From Obrimoposthia wandeli (taxonomy: Eukaryota): DNA of 64,000 bases. A program made the translations under genes and the position numbers. The notes beneath the pieces are model-generated. The model did not search any database. It was not told the DNA's origin and saw only the letters and a list, made by a program, of their open reading frames with translations. Of the stretch, positions 59,801 to 64,000 are shown in pieces. The stretch covers positions 434,001 through 498,000 of the forward strand of contig CDROCS010001514.1 in assembly GCA_977020255.1 (NCBI GenBank), given 5' to 3'. How positions within the stretch are numbered: the first letter of the stretch is position 1; every line of letters starts with the position of its first letter.

Positions 59801-62014
59801 CAAAAAAGAGAATGACAGAAATCATTGAAAAACCAATGAATTTTACTACAATCAAACCTGAAAATATCTTCGGCTAGAATGAGAAAAGTGCTTTGAGTTT
59901 GTAAAAGGAAATAGAATACAAGATTGGATATAATTTTAAAAAGAAAAACCAATTTCATTACTTTGAATATATAAAATTATTTAAAGTTTGTAATGCAGTT
60001 ACAAAGCTACATTAAGATCAGTAACGATGAGACATGCAAAAAAAATCAATCAAAAATCAGGGATTTATTCAGATTTTTTTAGCAAAAGAAATTTCCACCA
60101 TGTTTACAAATACTATTATCAATTCTAGGCTAGACTTCCACAACTCATTATTGTATAATATTCCACAATTTTATCTAAACTTATTATAAATATTTATGCA
60201 TAAAGAAGTGAGGATTATTTACAAATAATCTATAAAAGAAATATAGCTAAAGAACTATAGCTTTGAACTACATGGGCTGCTAACAGATGCTTGAATTGAG
60301 TATAAAATACTTTAATTGATTCAAAAATATTTGGTTTAAAATAACCTCAAATTTCAATAAACTTCTAGAAATTTAAATTTTAAATATTTAGAGAAATAAC
60401 AATATCAGAAGACTGGCAACTTGAAGAAAGATCCATATAAACTTTACAATGGTTTGTCATTAGCAATAAGAAATTGTAATAATATTTAAGAATTCAGTAG
60501 ACAAAAAAGACGTTTCTGTTTAGAAAATACTCAACTAATTATTAAGAAATTGACACTATATTAAATGTATGTTATGTTAAAATTGAAATGTTGCATTTTA
60601 GTACGAGTCTGTAAGAATCTCACATTGACTTGTGATTAAAAAATTACACACTATTCTGATAACTGGAAATTAATTATCTATACGACGAATGAGTTAGAAA
60701 TAAAAATATATGAAAGGTACATTGATTAGTAAAGCACATTTGAATGTTAATTGTTACAATTATTAAGAAATTGACACTATATTAAATGTATGTTATGTTA
60801 AAATTGAAATATTGCATTTTAGTACGAGTCTGTAAGAATCTCACATTGACTTGTGATTAAAAAATTACACACTATTCTGATAACTGGAAATTAATTATCT
60901 ATACGACGAATGAGTTAGAAATAAAAATATATGAAAGGTACATTGATTAGTAAAGCACATTTGAATGTTAATTGTTACAATTATTAAGAAATTGGCACTA
61001 TATTAAATGTATGTTATGTTAAAATTGAAATATTGCATTTTAGTACGAGTCTGTAAGAATCTCACATTGACTTGTGATTAAAAAATTACACACTATTCTG
61101 ATAACTGGAAATTAATTATCTATACAATGAATGAGTTAGAAATAAAAATATATGAAAGGTACATTGATAGTTTAGTCATAATATTATTTATAATAATAGA
61201 CAATTATTTAATATAATTTTTTCTATAAAAAATATTAAAACTACTTTTATAAAGATAAATGTTACAAAATAAGGATTTTGTTTCATTTCACTTTGTTTTT
61301 GGGTTGTTTACATATCTTTTGGATTAATTGATAAATTATCGAAAAAAACACGTTCAAATGAATTTACACAACAAAATCCATTGACAAAATGTGTGACATA
61401 ATGATTACATAAGTACATTAAGGGATTGACTAAATTCCATCCCAAATTCAATTAATTTACGATAATAAAGTTTCAAAATAAATGTTTGGTCTTATAAAAA
61501 TCGTAAAAGTACTCACAACATAGTCAAGACCAGAATTAACAGGATTACTGCATACACTCCACGCTTACACCTTGCATTAGGTGGATCCATTGCCGGCAGT
61601 TTTCCACCACACTTGCCACAATAGCGACATAGACAAAACATAATTCCAACAATTGGCATAAGGACGATAAAAATAAAGGCAATTGTAATCAAAATGGAAA
61701 TTCCTAGATTACTCCGTACATGCTGAATAAGAGATTGTAAAAAATACTGTCAGACAAATTAAGCTTACTTTCAAAATAAATGAAAGGGATATTGTTGAAT
61801 CTGAAATCGTAAATCAGGATAATTTAAGATCTTACAATTTACTTGCAAAACTAGATACATCCATTTTATCCGGGTCCGCTGGACCTCTAACTGCACTTAA
61901 AAATCCATTACCTAAGTCATTTATTGGAATTAATCCTTCTTTCATTGAATCGAATGTTGTATTGGAATTTCCATAAATACCACATATACAGAGAAGCAAA
62001 ATTAACTTCCACAT
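38190..62014 (-). CDS. prom: Prominin-family pentaspan membrane glycoprotein, host gene; ~19 exons, ~815 aa as reconstructed
   Basis: Signal peptide; LMPIVGIMFCLCRYCGKCGG; YLVGLGFGICG...GANFLM; NGVWFGLG...VPAIIFAG..LYRR; GT-AG exons chain in phase from ATG 62014 to TAG 38190. Confidence 0.93.
38525..38569 (-). CDS. prom: Prominin exon 18
   Basis: DYDNYIGFYARADG; phase 2-2; GTGAGT donor. Confidence 0.72.
39440..39900 (-). mobile_element. Tc1/mariner-like transposase remnant (intronic)
   Basis: Decayed HTH/Tc1-like frame (KSTIYDVKGFKR...RTPTK...); many stops. Confidence 0.35.
40093..40214 (-). CDS. prom: Prominin exon 17 (TM5)
   Basis: NGVWFGLG...PAIIFAG..LYRR. Confidence 0.92.
43267..43422 (-). 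CDS. prom: Prominin exon 16
   Basis: ...FDVVCKNGVNFL; GTAAGT donor. Confidence 0.85.
43573..43761 (-). CDS. prom: Prominin exon 15 (start 43741 or 43761)
   Basis: Helical ectodomain frame; GTGAGC donor. Confidence 0.8.
43827..43855 (-). CDS. prom: Prominin exon 14 (29-nt micro-exon, tentative)
   Basis: CCAG|VINELNESLS|GTAAAT; requires the acceptor at 43742. Confidence 0.45.
44319..44387 (-). CDS. prom: Prominin exon 13
   Basis: TTTTTTTCAG acceptor and GTAAGT donor; open 23 codons. Confidence 0.72.
45983..46111 (-). CDS. prom: Prominin exon 12
   Basis: Pyrimidine-rich acceptor, GTAAGT donor; phase 0-0. Confidence 0.8.
46760..47330 (-). mobile_element. Tc1/mariner-like remnant (intronic)
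   Basis: Mariner-like TIR start TACGAAGTGCGTTCAATAAGTA at ~46760; HTH-like ...VRP...IIVKRN. Confidence 0.35.
47551..47709 (-). CDS. prom: Prominin exon 11
   Basis: NGPLVLDAH...; phase 0-0. Confidence 0.82.
48115..48232 (-). CDS. prom: Prominin exon 10 (TM4)
   Basis: GLALSFFFASILMIVV...EFC. Confidence 0.9.
48330..48575. repeat. Degenerate ~15-16-bp minisatellite (GATATGACACAACCTY)
   Basis: Recurrent ATATGACAC/ATAACACAACC units within a prominin intron. Confidence 0.7.
48601..48934 (-). CDS. prom: Prominin exon 9 (TM3)
   Basis: SYRYFGYLG...ICG...GANFLM. Confidence 0.92.
49682..49817 (-). CDS. prom: Prominin exon 8
   Basis: GFIDHLLKLLNETSS...; phase 0 to 1. Confidence 0.8.
50265..50548. repeat. 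MITE/foldback-like inverted repeat
   Basis: TTTGAGTAAATTTAT twice on the left and ATAAATTTACTCAAA twice on the right, with matching flanks. Confidence 0.55.
51692..51879 (-). CDS. prom: Prominin exon 7
   Basis: SCTENQCASIRNQT Cys pair. Confidence 0.85.
52041..52124 (-). CDS. prom: Prominin exon 6
   Basis: DAIMKFYKNLL...QNLNE; phase 1-1; GTAAGT donor. Confidence 0.75.
55595..55675 (+). mobile_element. Mariner/Tc1 transposase N-terminal remnant
   Basis: VKKLIARFEETGSKLDKLISRRP resembles F.ETGSV.D..RSGRP. Confidence 0.5.
56811..56844. repeat. (AT)17 microsatellite
   Basis: Direct reading. Confidence 0.97.
56937..57006 (-). CDS. prom: Prominin exon 5
   Basis: EIENANTTKV...KDLT; CAG acceptor and GTAAGT donor. 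Confidence 0.8.
58812..58950 (-). CDS. prom: Prominin exon 4
   Basis: FGVILSLMNNQVV; phase 2 to 0. Confidence 0.88.
60539..61168. repeat. 221-bp tandem repeat, ~2.85 near-identical copies
   Basis: Unit starts at 60539, 60760 and 60981. Confidence 0.95.
61517..61722 (-). CDS. prom: Prominin exon 3 (TM1, Cys-rich loop, TM2)
   Basis: LMPIVGIMFCLCRYCGKCGG; GTGAGT donor. Confidence 0.92.
61769..61800 (-). CDS. prom: Prominin exon 2 (32 nt)
   Basis: Only arrangement found that keeps the frame (NSTISLSFILK); flanked by 42- and 46-nt introns. Confidence 0.65.
61843..62014 (-). CDS. prom: Prominin exon 1 (signal peptide)
   Basis: MWKLILLLCICGIYG; phase-1 donor. Confidence 0.85.
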
Positions 62015-63338
62015 TTTGGTAGGAAACAGTTATTACAATTTATAAATTCCTAATTTTAATTACGTAGAATCTACAAATGTCCTCAGAAAAGTATTTAAGT
62101 TTTGTGCAAATGAAATATTAAAGAAATTAATACATTAAAACAATACGCTTTAAAGTCTAAATACACAATACATGAATGTACGAGTTATATTGTTATTAAA
62201 TTAAAATACTGAAATTTTAAAATGTATTTTAAATTTATATACTTAAACATTAGAATTTAAAAAACTTATTAAATTGTTGAAGAATTATAATTATACGGTA
62301 GCATCTGTTCAAAAAGTATTGCAGCAACATATAATCATTTCAAAGTTAACCATGTCAAATTTATAAGTCAAAAAACGGTTTTATTTATTGTCTTAATAAC
62401 TTTAGAACATATATTCCAACTAACCTTGTCAATTGCACGAAATATGTCAATTCTATTGCATAATTGTAATTCCTTCTAAACAGATGGAACAAATTATTTT
62501 AAATGGTTTATCTCGAACTTATCAGTAAGCATTTTGAAATATCGTAATTTAAGGGGTTCAGATCTGTATCAGTTGAGATCTTATGTTATCAGTTGCACAC
62601 TTAGATGTTTTTTCATAACATTATCGACCAATGCATGTTTTTTATTTATTTTAAGAGCGTTGAATTGTCCATCTAAAGATTAATCATAACAATTCACAAA
62701 TTTTTATTTGCTAAACAATTTTCATTGTGTGGTTTTTCCATCATTTCTCGTCAATGACTCCTGTAATATAGATAATTATCAATTTCTATTGTCACAAGTA
62801 AATTGGAGTCATTTTTCGATGTTAGCTTAACTATTGAGTCTTGAGTGACACTCGTATCGTCAAAAATACTTTTTTCCAATGCTTAATATTGCAGTTATTG
62901 ATTTTAACTTTCGAGCAAGCGCTCATCAGGAAGATTTTTATTAGCATAATTTTCAAAAACAATTGAATATTGCAATTTCTTTGTCTAGATATAACGTATT
63001 CTGGTTTATTATACAATTCGCAGCGATAAATTATGTGAAGTAAGTTAAAAAAAAATGAATTTACAATGATTTGCATTAAAATTTTTGACATGAACCTTTA
63101 ATAGTTTCTAAAGTGATCATATTTTAATCTTTATTTATCACATGAGCATTTGCGTCCTTTAGTTTTCATTGTATTCCTTTGTTTTGTTTGGGATTTTTTC
63201 AAATCCAAATTAAAGTCAATATTGTTTTTATAGCTGTTCAATTTTGTTGCTGTTTGCTTGTGAATATTTGTATTAATAAGTGTAGAGTTAAGTAACAGTT
63301 AATATTAATTTATTAATTTAAAAAAAATAATTAAGTAT

Positions 63339-64000
63339 TGTTGGGGTTTTTATCTAAACTAGATCCTCTTATGGAGGGCCCCAACGTGAGTTCTGTAGCA
63401 ATAGGGCTTACATATATATGTGGCCTATATTTTGATTTTCTTTCACTTAGTCTCAGTTCTGAATGGTTTTTGGTAATTTGTATTGTGATTGTGTAGAGAG
63501 TGATGTTCGTAGTACACCCAAAGTTTCCCGTTACCGTAAGGTCGCTTATAGGGAAATTCATGTCTCTCTAGTCTTATATGGGATTGATTGAACTAACGCT
63601 ACCTGATAGGTAGGATACACTATATTAGATTCACACTTAACTAAAAAGGTTCTACAGATGACAATAACTTACTACACTTGTTTCAACTCACAGTAAACAA
63701 GAATGACCTTAGCCTAACGTATTGAATTTAATTTGACTTAGTAATTTTAGAGGTTCACCCTTTTAACGTCTTTTAGATTCTATTTTCCGACTTGACCTTA
63801 CTCTACCTTCTGGCTTAACTGGTGGTATTGAGTTACGTTTGTTTAGCAAACAATCTCACTTTTCCAACGAAGTTTGTTCTAGTGAGTGTACCAAACTCAA
63901 CTATCCCTTAAACAATCAATTCAGCGATCCCTTAAACGATCGAACTAAATTCCAAAGTTATAATTCATCTGTGTGAAGAATAGCTTTAACGATCTTCAAT
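63339..64000 (-). mobile_element. 3' end of an LTR related to the solo LTRs at 20.9-25.4 kb; continues beyond the window
   Basis: TGTTGGGGTTT terminus and AGATCCTCTT...GGAGGGCCCCAACGTGAGTTCT block shared; no PBS next to it. Confidence 0.7.

Noticed and set aside
63331-63561. 76-aa ORF
   Set aside because: Lies within the LTR end; no coding signature

Overview
AT-rich eukaryotic (animal) genomic DNA with very short introns; the species cannot be determined from the sequence. (1) 1-15.5 kb: a Maverick/Polinton (adintovirus-like) element at 2914-14124, with both ~95-bp TIRs and a perfect 6-bp TSD (TTCATT). It sits inverted inside an older, internally deleted copy of the same family. It carries decayed core genes: pPolB, rve-chromo integrase, FtsK-like ATPase, adenain protease, major and minor capsid proteins and small core proteins. 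Its left end holds an unusual accessory module: a single-repeat (half) TBP-like gene divergent from two tandem paralogous unknown genes. A YATAAACA TATA-variant lies upstream of most genes, and the PolB ORF appears to start with a spliced Ser/Thr/Ala-rich extension. (2) 16-36 kb: a graveyard of retroelements. It includes a decayed Ty3/gypsy carrying two inverted solo LTRs, LINE and Penelope-like remnants, and a BEL/Pao element. (3) 38.2-62.0 kb: a host prominin-family gene on the minus strand (about 19 exons, ~815 aa as reconstructed by hand) with Tc1/mariner remnants and repeats in its introns. (4) A further LTR end at 63.3 kb. All homology calls are by-eye motif recognition; no searches were run.
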